Numbered from the stretch's first letter, positions 14,267 through 21,964 are shown. The stretch: 23,218 nt of DNA from Candidatus Sericytochromatia bacterium (GCA_036676495.1 JAKFCT010000043.1:1-23218), one strand, 5' to 3'. Translations and numbers: made by a program. Notes: a model not told the origin generated them from the letters alone.

Positions 14267-17050
14267 ATGAAGAAACCCCACACGCTTGGAATCGCCCTGA
14301 GCCTGGCGATCGCCACCAGCCTCACCGGCTGGGCTCCCGCCGTGACCGCCGCTCCCGCGGCCAAGACCCCCGCCCAGGTGCAGCCCGCGCCGGTAAAGGC
14401 CGCCAGCAACGCGCCGGCGATCACCACCGTCCAGACCATGGCCGGCCCCGTCCAGGAGTTGACCCTGGCCAACGGCCTCAAGGTGATCCTCAAGGAGGAT
14501 CACGCGGCCCCCGTCGTCACCTGGGTGGTCTACTACAAGGTGGGATCGCGCAACGAGGTGATCGGCACGACCGGCAGCACCCACCTGCTGGAGCACATGC
14601 TCTTCAAGGGCACCAAGACTCTCGGCAAGGGGCAGATCGCCCAGCTCTTGGGGCGTAACGGGGCGAGCTTCAACGCCTCCACCTGGACCGACTGGACCAA
14701 CTACTACGAGACCTATTCGTCGGACCGGCTCGAGATGGGCCTGATGATCGAGGCCGCCCGCATGCGCGACGCCCTCATCCTCGACTCCGAGCGGCAGAGC
14801 GAGATGACCGTGGTCCGCAACGAGCTGGAGCGCGGCGAGAGCAACCCCGGCCGACTCCTCTACCAGGAAGTCACCTCGGCCGCCTTCAAGGCGCACCCCT
14901 ACCACCATCCCGTGATCGGCTGGCGCTCGGACGTCGAGGGCGTCTCCACCGACGACCTCAAGGCGTTCTACGACACCTACTACCACCCCAACAACGCCGT
15001 GGCGGTGCTGGTGGGCGACTTCCGGACCCCGGAAGCCGTAAGCATGATCCAGAAGCACTTCGAGAAGATTCCCGCCGGCCCCCAGCCGCCCGAGCTCTAC
15101 ACCACCGAGGAGCCTCAGGTGGGCGAGCGCCGCGTGACCCTGCGCCGGCGCGGCGAGACCAACCTGGTCCAGATGGCCTACCACGTTCCCAGCGTGCAGA
15201 GCAAGGACATCGCTCCGCTGCTGGTCCTCGACACCGTCCTCTCCAGCGGCGTGACCGACCGCCTGCACCAGGCCCTGGTCGAGAAGCAACTCGCCACCGG
15301 CACCTACGCCTATACCGGCGTCCAGCGCGATCCGTCCCTCTTCCGGGTCGGAGCCACCGTCAAGCCGGGCGTCACCCACGAGACCGTCGAGAAGGCCCTC
15401 CTGGCCGAACTGGAGAAGCTGAAGGCCGAGCCCGTGCCGGCCGCCGAGCTGCAAAAGGCCAAGAACCAGGCCGAAGCCGTCTACGTCTACCAGAACGAAG
15501 GCACCTCGGGCCTCGCCACGGCCCTCGGCTCCTACGAGGCCATCGACCGGTGGCAGCGCGCGTTCGAGCTGCTCGACGAGATCAAGCAGGTGAAGCCCGA
15601 GGACGTCCTGAGGGTGGCCCAGACCTACCTGACCTCCGACAACCGGACCGTGGGCTGGTACGTCTCCACCCCCGACGGCCCCGTCCCGCCCAAGCCCGCC
15701 AATTCGGGCTCCGGCAAGGCCGTGGCCAACTCGGGCAAGGTCGTCCCCGCCAAGCCCTTCCCCTTCGAGCAGCAGGCCAGCAAGCCCCGTGCGCTCACCC
15801 CGCCCGTCCGCAAGGTGCTCTCCAACGGCTTGACCGTCCTGGTGCTGCCCAACGACGCCGCCCCCACCGTGGCCATCGACGGCTTCGTCCGCGCCGGCGC
15901 CCTCATGGAGCCCAAGGGCCAGGAAGGCCTCGCCGCCGCCACCGCCGCCATGCTCGACAAGGGCACCATCAAGCGCAGCAAGCTCGCGCTCGCCGCGGAT
16001 CTCGAGACCGTCGCCGCCAGCATCGGCTTCAGCGGTGGCACCGAGACCACCGAGATCGGCGCCAAGATGCTCTCCAAGGACCTCGACCTGGGCCTCACGG
16101 CCCTCGCGGAGATGCTCCAGGAGCCCGCGTTCCCGGCTGACGAGCTCTCCAAGCTCAAGGCCCGCTGGATCGCCGGCATCAAGCAGGCCGAGGATCAGCC
16201 CGAGACCCACGCCTCGCGCGCCCTCTCCCAGGCCATCTACCCCGAGGGACACCCCTACCGGGAGCTGAACCCCTCCGAGCAGATCGCCGCCATCGAGGAG
16301 CTCGACGTCGCGGACCTCAAGGCCTTCCACGCCCGCCACTTCGGCCCCAACGCCACCACCCTCGTCGTGGTCGGCCAGGTCGATCCCGACGCGGTCGTCG
16401 CCAAGCTCGAAACGCTCTTCAAGACCTGGGCGCCGGTCGCGAAGGTCGACGTGACGATCCCCGACACGCCTCGCAAGGCGCCCCAGCGAATCGTCATCCC
16501 CATGATGGACAAGTCCAACCTCGAGATCCTGCTGGGTCACGCGGGCCAGGTCACCCGCCGCTCGCCCGACTTCCACGCCTCCTCCCTCGCCAACTTCATC
16601 CTGGGAGGATCCGGGCTTTCGAGCCGGCTGGGAGTCAAGCTGCGGGACGAAATGGGCCTGACGTACGGGACGTACTCCACGTTCAGCGCCAGCTCGGGCG
16701 CCGGAGCATGGCAGGCGAGCATCACGGTCAACCCCGCCAACATGGAGACCGCCATCACGGCCCTCAAGGCCGAGATCTCGGGCTTCCTCGCGAAGGGGAT
16801 CACCGCCGAGGAGCTCGCGGCCGCCAAGGGCTCTTACATCGGACGGCAGGCCGTTGGCCTTGCCACCAACTCCGGCATGGCGAGCTCCCTGTCGAGCATC
16901 GAGTACTACGGCCTCGGGCTCGACTACTGGGGCCGCTACCCGGCCCTCATCAACGGGATCACCCTGGAGCAGGTGAACGCCGCCGCCCGGAAGCTGATCG
17001 CTCCGGATAGCGCCCACCTGATCATCGCCGGCCCGCACGCCGAGAAGTAA
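14267..17050 (+). CDS. Secreted M16 family (pitrilysin/PqqL-like) zinc peptidase with two fused M16 halves
   Basis: Inverted zinc motif HLLEHMLFKGT, FNAST...TNYY, an inactive second half, SRL..KLRDEMGLTY. Signal peptide and RBS GAGGTGA before ATG 14267. Confidence 0.95.
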   Translation: MKKPHTLGIALSLAIATSLTGWAPAVTAAPAAKTPAQVQPAPVKAASNAPAITTVQTMAGPVQELTLANGLKVILKEDHAAPVVTWVVYYKVGSRNEVIGTTGSTHLLEHMLFKGTKTLGKGQIAQLLGRNGASFNASTWTDWTNYYETYSSDRLEMGLMIEAARMRDALILDSERQSEMTVVRNELERGESNPGRLLYQEVTSAAFKAHPYHHPVIGWRSDVEGVSTDDLKAFYDTYYHPNNAVAVLVGDFRTPEAVSMIQKHFEKIPAGPQPPELYTTEEPQVGERRVTLRRRGETNLVQMAYHVPSVQSKDIAPLLVLDTVLSSGVTDRLHQALVEKQLATGTYAYTGVQRDPSLFRVGATVKPGVTHETVEKALLAELEKLKAEPVPAAELQKAKNQAEAVYVYQNEGTSGLATALGSYEAIDRWQRAFELLDEIKQVKPEDVLRVAQTYLTSDNRTVGWYVSTPDGPVPPKPANSGSGKAVANSGKVVPAKPFPFEQQASKPRALTPPVRKVLSNGLTVLVLPNDAAPTVAIDGFVRAGALMEPKGQEGLAAATAAMLDKGTIKRSKLALAADLETVAASIGFSGGTETTEIGAKMLSKDLDLGLTALAEMLQEPAFPADELSKLKARWIAGIKQAEDQPETHASRALSQAIYPEGHPYRELNPSEQIAAIEELDVADLKAFHARHFGPNATTLVVVGQVDPDAVVAKLETLFKTWAPVAKVDVTIPDTPRKAPQRIVIPMMDKSNLEILLGHAGQVTRRSPDFHASSLANFILGGSGLSSRLGVKLRDEMGLTYGTYSTFSASSGAGAWQASITVNPANMETAITALKAEISGFLAKGITAEELAAAKGSYIGRQAVGLATNSGMASSLSSIEYYGLGLDYWGRYPALINGITLEQVNAAARKLIAPDSAHLIIAGPHAEK

Positions 17051-17059
17051 AGCCCCCGA

Positions 17060-17098
17060 CGCCCCCGGCCGAATCGGCCGGGGGCGTTTCCCATGAGC
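17060..17098 (+). repeat. 39-bp direct repeat, copy 1, containing a terminator-like hairpin
   Basis: CGCCCCCGGCCG-aat-CGGCCGGGGGCG TTTCCCATGAGC; 37/39 identical to 17710..17748. Confidence 0.9.
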
Positions 17099-17107
17099 AA
17101 GCCATGG

Positions 17108-17155
17108 TTGACATTTATTCTACGTAGTTCTATCCTGGAATTGTCCTAACTAGGA
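17108..17155 (+). promoter_or_regulatory. Sigma70 promoter of doxX with a downstream palindromic operator candidate
   Basis: TTGACA-17 nt-TATCCT (17108-17136); TCCTA-ac-TAGGA (17144-17155). Confidence 0.7.
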
Positions 17156-17192
17156 ACGCTTGAGTTCGTGATAAAAAAAGGAGTGATACCCC

Positions 17193-17699
17193 GTGGCGAC
17201 CATGACCCCCGCCTCCCCCGCCCCCGTGGCAACCGCCCCTGCCGCTCTGCTGAAGCGCTTGCTGGCGACCGAAAACGATTACGGCGCCCTCATTGCCCGC
17301 GTGGCCCTCGGACTCGTCATCCTGCCCCACGGGCTGCAGAAGACGCTCGGCTGGTACGGCGGCGGCGGCTTCGAAGGCACCATGGGCTTCTTCACTACCC
17401 AGATGGGAATTCCCTCGGTCTTCGCCTTGCTCGCCATCCTGGCGGAGTCCGTCGGGGCGCTGGCGCTCGTCCTCGGCCTGCTGGGACGCGTCTCGGCCCT
17501 CGGCGTCGGCATCACCATGGCGGTGGCCGCCCTCTTGGTCCATGTGCCCAACGGCTTCTTCATGAACTGGTTCGGCGCCCAGGCGGGTGAAGGCGTGGAG
17601 TACTTCCTGCTCGCCATGGCCCTCGCGGCGATCACCCTCGTCAAGGGTTCGGGAGCGCTCTCGCTCGATCGCGTGCTGACCAAGCGCCTGAGCCGCTAA
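17193..17699 (+). CDS. doxX: DoxX family membrane protein
   Basis: ARVALGLVILPHGLQK, AES.G.L.L.LGLLGR, HVPNGFFMNW, GVEY, GSGALSLD; four TM helices. Confidence 0.93.
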   Translation: MATMTPASPAPVATAPAALLKRLLATENDYGALIARVALGLVILPHGLQKTLGWYGGGGFEGTMGFFTTQMGIPSVFALLAILAESVGALALVLGLLGRVSALGVGITMAVAALLVHVPNGFFMNWFGAQAGEGVEYFLLAMALAAITLVKGSGALSLDRVLTKRLSR

Positions 17700-17709
17700 A
17701 CTCCCTCCG

Positions 17710-17748
17710 CGCCCCCGGCCGAATCGGCCGGGGGCGCTTCGCATGAGC
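17710..17748 (+). repeat. 39-bp direct repeat, copy 2, containing a terminator-like hairpin
   Basis: CGCCCCCGGCCG-aat-CGGCCGGGGGCG CTTCGCATGAGC, exactly 650 bp after copy 1. Confidence 0.9.
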
Positions 17749-17835
17749 CCCATCTCGCCCCTCGATCCGAGTGACGTGAGATCCGTTTGCCCAGCGGGTA
17801 AGCAACCCTAGCACCCCCCTTCCTGGAGAGGTCTC

Positions 17836-19353
17836 ATGCCGGTACTATCTCGCAAGCCTTCGTCGGCCCTCGCCCTGGCCGCGCTGATCCCGCTGGTCGC
17901 CTGCGCCCCCGCCCCCTCCAGCTCGGGGACGGATACCGGCCCCCAGTCGAGCGGCCTGATCGTGCTCAAGGGCCGCATCGATGCCCCAGGAGCCAAGCGG
18001 GTACTCCTGGTGGAGACCCAGCGCAACTCCGTGACGCCCGTCGAGCTGACGAATGGAGCCTTCCAGGCCTCCGTCCCCCCGGGCCAGTACGCCATCACCC
18101 TCTTGGACGCCAACAATCAACCCCAGGGCCTGCTCTTCCAGAATGCCGGGACCATCTTCGAACTCAACGGCGACACCGACCTGGCCGGCCTCTCCTGGAA
18201 CGCCGCCGCCCACACCCTGAAGACCGTCTCGGCGCTCAAGACGGTCTCGGCCCTCAAGACCGTCTCGGCCTTCCGCACCGCCGCCGAGGACGACGACGTC
18301 GACCTGCGCGACATGCGCAGCCTCAACGCGGCGATCGCCGGGAACGGCCGCGCCCCTCAGGTCGAGCTCGGCCAAGTCTTCACCAGCGGCACCGGCGACT
18401 TCGACGAGGATCTCGTCCCGAACTTCCTCGACAACGACAACAACGCCAACGGCGTCTTCGACAACCTCGAAGGCCTGGAGACCCAGGCGATCGCGTTCGA
18501 CGGAGACCCGGCGATCCTGGCCGAACTCAAAAAGTCCCGCTTCATCGTCTTCGACAACCTCAAGCTCGACGCCGAGCAGCTCCGCGCGGCAGACGGCGAC
18601 TCCTTGCCCTACACCGACCAGCATGTGCTGACGTTCCACTATCCGGTCAGCCCCGCGCTCGCCACCCAGATCGACTCGGTCAGCCTCCATGGCGCTCCGG
18701 CCTTCGCGGAGGGGACGGTCCTCGAACCTGCCGGCGGCTACACCTCCTCGGCCTACCCCGCGAAGGGCAGTTCCTGGGCCTCCAGCGGCTACCGCCTCCC
18801 GCTCACCCAGCAAGGCGGCGCCCCCAACTACGCGATCTGGGTGAAGCCCAAGAGCGACCCGACGCCGTCGGTCCTCACGCTGAAAGTGAAGCTGAAATCC
18901 GGCGCCGAGGCCCTGATCGCGACGCGCCTCTTCTACGTCTTCAACGCTCCCGCCCGGGTCATGGCGATCAACGGCAACCCGATCACCTACCCGATCCCCC
19001 CGAACACGGTGGGGACGCGCTTCAAGCCGATGCCCGTCGGGGCCAGCGGGGACGTGACGCTCATTGCCGAGCGCCCCAAGACCAGCACCGATGGAACGCC
19101 CATCTTCGGCATGAACGTGCAGGCGCAGATCTTCTACCTGGATGCGAGCGGCAACCAGATCCCCGGCGAGATGGGCACGACGCCGCCGTTCCCCGACAAG
19201 GGGACGATGGAAGAGCCCCTGACGCTCACGATCCCCCGGGAGCTGCTCAAGACCAAGATCGGCACCACGGACGTGGCCAGCTACCAGGTGGACTTCATGC
19301 TGTCGGGGCGGCACGGGGACAACGCGGCCCAGTTGTTCTGGATCAAGCCCTAG
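17836..19353 (+). CDS. Hypothetical lipoprotein with an acidic Ca-binding-like motif
   Basis: RBS GGAGAGG; lipobox LVAC; DFDEDLVPNFLDNDNNANGVFD (thrombospondin type 3-like); beta-rich remainder. Confidence 0.85.
   Translation: MPVLSRKPSSALALAALIPLVACAPAPSSSGTDTGPQSSGLIVLKGRIDAPGAKRVLLVETQRNSVTPVELTNGAFQASVPPGQYAITLLDANNQPQGLLFQNAGTIFELNGDTDLAGLSWNAAAHTLKTVSALKTVSALKTVSAFRTAAEDDDVDLRDMRSLNAAIAGNGRAPQVELGQVFTSGTGDFDEDLVPNFLDNDNNANGVFDNLEGLETQAIAFDGDPAILAELKKSRFIVFDNLKLDAEQLRAADGDSLPYTDQHVLTFHYPVSPALATQIDSVSLHGAPAFAEGTVLEPAGGYTSSAYPAKGSSWASSGYRLPLTQQGGAPNYAIWVKPKSDPTPSVLTLKVKLKSGAEALIATRLFYVFNAPARVMAINGNPITYPIPPNTVGTRFKPMPVGASGDVTLIAERPKTSTDGTPIFGMNVQAQIFYLDASGNQIPGEMGTTPPFPDKGTMEEPLTLTIPRELLKTKIGTTDVASYQVDFMLSGRHGDNAAQLFWIKP
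18217..18270 (+). repeat. Three in-frame 18-bp tandem repeats encoding LKTVSA
   Basis: CTGAAGACCGTCTCGGCG / CTCAAGACGGTCTCGGCC / CTCAAGACCGTCTCGGCC. Confidence 0.9.
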
Positions 19354-19483
19354 CCGCTCTTAGAGCGATCGTCGTTGCTGCGGGACAGCGAGCTTTGACG
19401 CTCAACCTCTCGCCATGCGGTTCTCGCTTAACGCTCGCTTTCCTGGTCACCAGCCGCGGGCGCTAGCTCAAACACCGAGAGAG

Positions 19484-19518
19484 TTCAGCCCCAGGGAGGA
19501 TGCCTCCCTGGGGCTGAA
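19484..19518. other. 16-bp perfect inverted repeat in a 350-bp intergenic region
   Basis: TTCAGCCCCAGGGAGG-atg-CCTCCCTGGGGCTGAA. Confidence 0.8.
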
Positions 19519-19703
19519 TGACGGCCATCCCGAGCCCCCCGCCGCGAGCGGGTTTTCTGCGGGCCCCAAGGCTGCGACCCAGCGGGGTTGCGCGATCCGG
19601 AGGAGCAACCCCCTGGAAAGGGCGTTTCGACTCGTCCTGAGGAAAGGCCGGAGGTTGAGGGAGCGGGCAAGGCGGGGTATAGGATCTCTAGGAGGACCGC
19701 CCC

Positions 19704-20207
19704 ATGTCCGCGCGTCTGCGTCTGGTAGCCATCCTGACGATCACCTTCTTGCTGGCGGCCTCCGAGCTCGGAGGCCCGGGAAGCGGGGCTTTCGCGCTGA
19801 GGGAGGCGCGGGCGCAGACGGCCGTTCCGACCGCCGCTCCGGCGGCTTCGCCCGCTTCGGGATCGGCGGCGGCCGGAAAGGCGTTGCCGACGCATGACTC
19901 CAATTACTACGCGTACGCGACGCGCTATTACCTCCAGTACTTGAACTCGAGCGCGCAGGCCGAGACCAACGCCAAGGACCCTTACTACTTCTTCAACTAC
20001 TACCAGTTCTACCGGGAGCGCTACGCGCCGGCCTCGGCGGCCCGGGGAGCTCAGGGCCCGATGCCGGCGTGGTTTGCGACCATGCCGTTCCGCAACGCCC
20101 GGACGCAGTCCTTCGCGCGCTTCGTGCAGGTGGCCTCTCCGTCCGCCGCCCCGAGCGCCCGCTGGGTGCAGCCCCTGCGCGACTTCCAGCGCACCGCCGG
20201 GCGCTGA
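19704..20207 (+). CDS. Secreted or membrane-anchored Tyr-rich hypothetical protein
   Basis: RBS AGGAGGA, N-terminal hydrophobic segment, Ala/Pro linkers, Tyr-rich core with a strong TAC codon preference. Confidence 0.75.
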   Translation: MSARLRLVAILTITFLLAASELGGPGSGAFALREARAQTAVPTAAPAASPASGSAAAGKALPTHDSNYYAYATRYYLQYLNSSAQAETNAKDPYYFFNYYQFYRERYAPASAARGAQGPMPAWFATMPFRNARTQSFARFVQVASPSAAPSARWVQPLRDFQRTAGR

Positions 20208-20230
20208 GCGCCGGGCGCCGAGCATGGCGG

Positions 20231-20256
20231 GGCCGGCGGTCGCCTCCGGCCGTTTT
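20231..20256 (+). terminator. Putative terminator
   Basis: GGCCGG...CCGGCC followed by GTTTT. Confidence 0.45.
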
Positions 20257-20261
20257 GACTC

Positions 20262-20290
20262 TTGCGCTCGGACGGGCGTCAGGCTATCCT
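20262..20290 (+). promoter_or_regulatory. Sigma70 promoter of gmk
   Basis: TTGCGC-17 nt-TATCCT. Confidence 0.6.
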
Positions 20291-20318
20291 TTTGCCGAAC
20301 GACGAAAGGACGGCGCCG

Positions 20319-20873
20319 ATGAGCAAGCGGGTTTGGGTCCTGGTGGGCCCCTCGGGAACGGGCAAGACGACGATCGCACAGGATCTCGTGGGCCAGGTCC
20401 CGCAATTGCGCAAAGCCGTCACGTGCACGACGCGCCCTCCGCGGGAAGGCGAGCGGGAGGGCGTGGATTACTTCTTCGTGAGCGAGGAGCAATTCGACTT
20501 CCTGCTGGCGGCCGGAAAGCTGATCGAGCACACGATCTACGGGGGCTACCGCTACGGGTTGCCGGTGGATCAGTTCCTCGAGGCGGAGCAGGCGGGAGCG
20601 GACATGCTGGCGGTGCTGGACATCCAGGGGGTGCATCACCTCCGCAGCACCTTCGGTCCCGAGCGCGTGCGGGCCATCTTCCTTTGCAGCCCCTCGGAGG
20701 AGGAGCTGCGGCGCCGGATGCGCGAGCGAGGGAGCAGCCCCGAGGAGATCGCAAGCCGCCTCTCGCTCGTGGCCCAGGAGCTAACGGACGCAGAAACGTG
20801 CGACTACGTCGTGCCCACGGATGCGTCCTATCCGGAGGTCTACCAGCAGGTCAAACGCCTCCTGGAGAGCTAA
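20319..20873 (+). CDS. gmk: Guanylate kinase
   Basis: P-loop GPSGTGKTT, signature TTRPPREGEREGVDYFFVS, YRYG, LDIQG. RBS AAAGGA before ATG 20319. Confidence 0.9.
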   Translation: MSKRVWVLVGPSGTGKTTIAQDLVGQVPQLRKAVTCTTRPPREGEREGVDYFFVSEEQFDFLLAAGKLIEHTIYGGYRYGLPVDQFLEAEQAGADMLAVLDIQGVHHLRSTFGPERVRAIFLCSPSEEELRRRMRERGSSPEEIASRLSLVAQELTDAETCDYVVPTDASYPEVYQQVKRLLES

Positions 20874-20932
20874 GCGGCACGGGAAGCGCCTCAAAGGCAC
20901 GTGAAGCCTTGCATGAGAACCCCTACACAGCA

Positions 20933-20963
20933 CAACAGCCCTGGGCGATGCCCAGGGCTGTTG
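20933..20963. terminator. Bidirectional hairpin between convergent genes
   Basis: CAACAGCCCTGGGC-gat-GCCCAGGGCTGTTG (14-bp stem). Confidence 0.75.
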
Positions 20964-20975
20964 CGTTGAGGGGAT

Positions 20976-21767
20976 TTAGAGGCGCCACCACTCCCAGAGG
21001 GTGGAATCGGCGGGAGGGGCGCCCGCGCCGGGATCCGCCGGCGCGGTGGGGTCCGCGGGCACGGGATCGGCGGGAGGGGTGGGGGCGGGGGAGCCGCCGG
21101 CGTTCGGGTTGATGGCCCGGACGACCAGCTTCATGTAGAGGTCTTCCCATTCGCCCTGCGAGAGCTTGCCGTCGCCGGTGACGTCGGCGGCCGTGAAGTC
21201 CTCGCTCGGGACCTCGTCGATCCGGACGCGGATGTGGAGCTTCTCGTAGGCGAAGCCCAGGCCGAGGGTGCGGAGCGCCTTGCTGCTGAGTTCCTTCTCG
21301 GTGAGGTAGCGGTCGCCGGCGCCGAAGAAGCCGCCTTCCTTCTGGTCGAGGCGGTTGAAGGCCGTCGCGAGGAAGTTGCGCATGCGGTCGAGGAAGCGGT
21401 TGGGGTTGTCGGCGCCGACCAGGAAGCCGCCGGCGGTGGCGTACTTCATGAACTCGGTGCGGGAGATCTTGCCGTTGCCCTTGCCGTTCTTGCCCTTGTC
21501 GGCCTTGGGGAACTCCCGGGTCAGGCTGAAGAAGGGACCCGCCTCGTACTCATCGATGAAGTTGTCACCGTTGGAGTCGATCTTGGTGAAGATGGCCGTG
21601 TGGACTTCCTTGAAGCCCTTCCGGAGGGTGGCGGAGGCCGCAGCATCGAAGCCGACGGCTTGGGTGCTCTGCATGCCGACCGTATTGCCGCCCACGCCGC
21701 AGCCGGCGAGCATGGTGGCCGCCAGGGTCGCGGCAAGCAAAATGGACCAGTTGCGGGGTTGGCTCAT
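20976..21767 (-). CDS. EF-hand lipoprotein
   Basis: RBS AAGGAG, lipobox LAGC. EF loops DSNGDNFIDEYE and DVTGDGKLSQGE, plus two loops with insertions. Pro/Ala tail ending LWEWWRL. Confidence 0.88.
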   Translation of the reverse strand: MSQPRNWSILLAATLAATMLAGCGVGGNTVGMQSTQAVGFDAAASATLRKGFKEVHTAIFTKIDSNGDNFIDEYEAGPFFSLTREFPKADKGKNGKGNGKISRTEFMKYATAGGFLVGADNPNRFLDRMRNFLATAFNRLDQKEGGFFGAGDRYLTEKELSSKALRTLGLGFAYEKLHIRVRIDEVPSEDFTAADVTGDGKLSQGEWEDLYMKLVVRAINPNAGGSPAPTPPADPVPADPTAPADPGAGAPPADSTLWEWWRL

Positions 21768-21826
21768 TGGGAGCACTCCTTCCGTGACCAAAGTGAACTG
21801 ACTAAGCAAGGCTTTAACTGAGGTTA

Positions 21827-21891
21827 ATATCGCAGATCCCTCGGAGGATCTTTCTTAAGCGAAGGTTAAGCTCGGTTAAATCCTAGGTAAT
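21827..21891 (-). promoter_or_regulatory. Pho-box-like TTAAC repeats plus a sigma28-like element (template copy C)
   Basis: Minus strand reads ATTACCTAggaTTTAACCGagCTTAACCTtcgCTTAAGAAAG-N15-TGCGATAT. Confidence 0.6.
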
Positions 21892-21935
21892 CTCCGGGGC
21901 CGGATCGCGCGGAGGGAGGCATGCCCGCTGGGGGG

Positions 21936-21964
21936 TAGGCGCGGGGCAGGGGAAACGGTATAAT
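21936..21964 (+). promoter_or_regulatory. Sigma70 promoter of lepA
   Basis: Perfect TATAAT at 21959-21964; weak -35 TAGGCG 17 nt upstream. Confidence 0.55.

Noticed and set aside
13175-17038. 1287-aa minus-strand ORF and other long antisense or alternate-frame ORFs (3919..5400, 9625..11535, 17845..19314, 22022..23176, 1905..3236)
   Set aside because: Shadow ORFs of GC3-rich genes. They overlap well-supported genes and carry no recognisable motifs.
17060-17748. CRISPR array or integron attC sites
   Set aside because: Only two repeats, separated by a whole gene. No cas or intI genes, and no RYYYAAC/GTTRRRY ends.
19401-19480. A fourth copy of the TTAA promoter template (CTTAACGC-tcg-CTTTCCTG)
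   Set aside because: Only two half-sites are in phase, and no AAG or GATA elements occur at the expected spacing.
19505-19545. c-di-AMP (ydaO) riboswitch (GGGGCTGAAT...CCCGAGCCC)
   Set aside because: The conserved GTCAGCTAAC and 5' GGGGAACC segments are missing.
19584-19612. SRP RNA or glycine riboswitch (TCCGGAGGAGCAACC)
   Set aside because: Lacks the SRP CAGG/GRAA/AGCAG arrangement and the glycine-riboswitch CTCTCAGG element.
19621-19645. Hammerhead ribozyme on the minus strand (GACGAG..CGAAAC)
   Set aside because: The CUGANGA core is absent (reads CAGGACGA) and there is no stem II.
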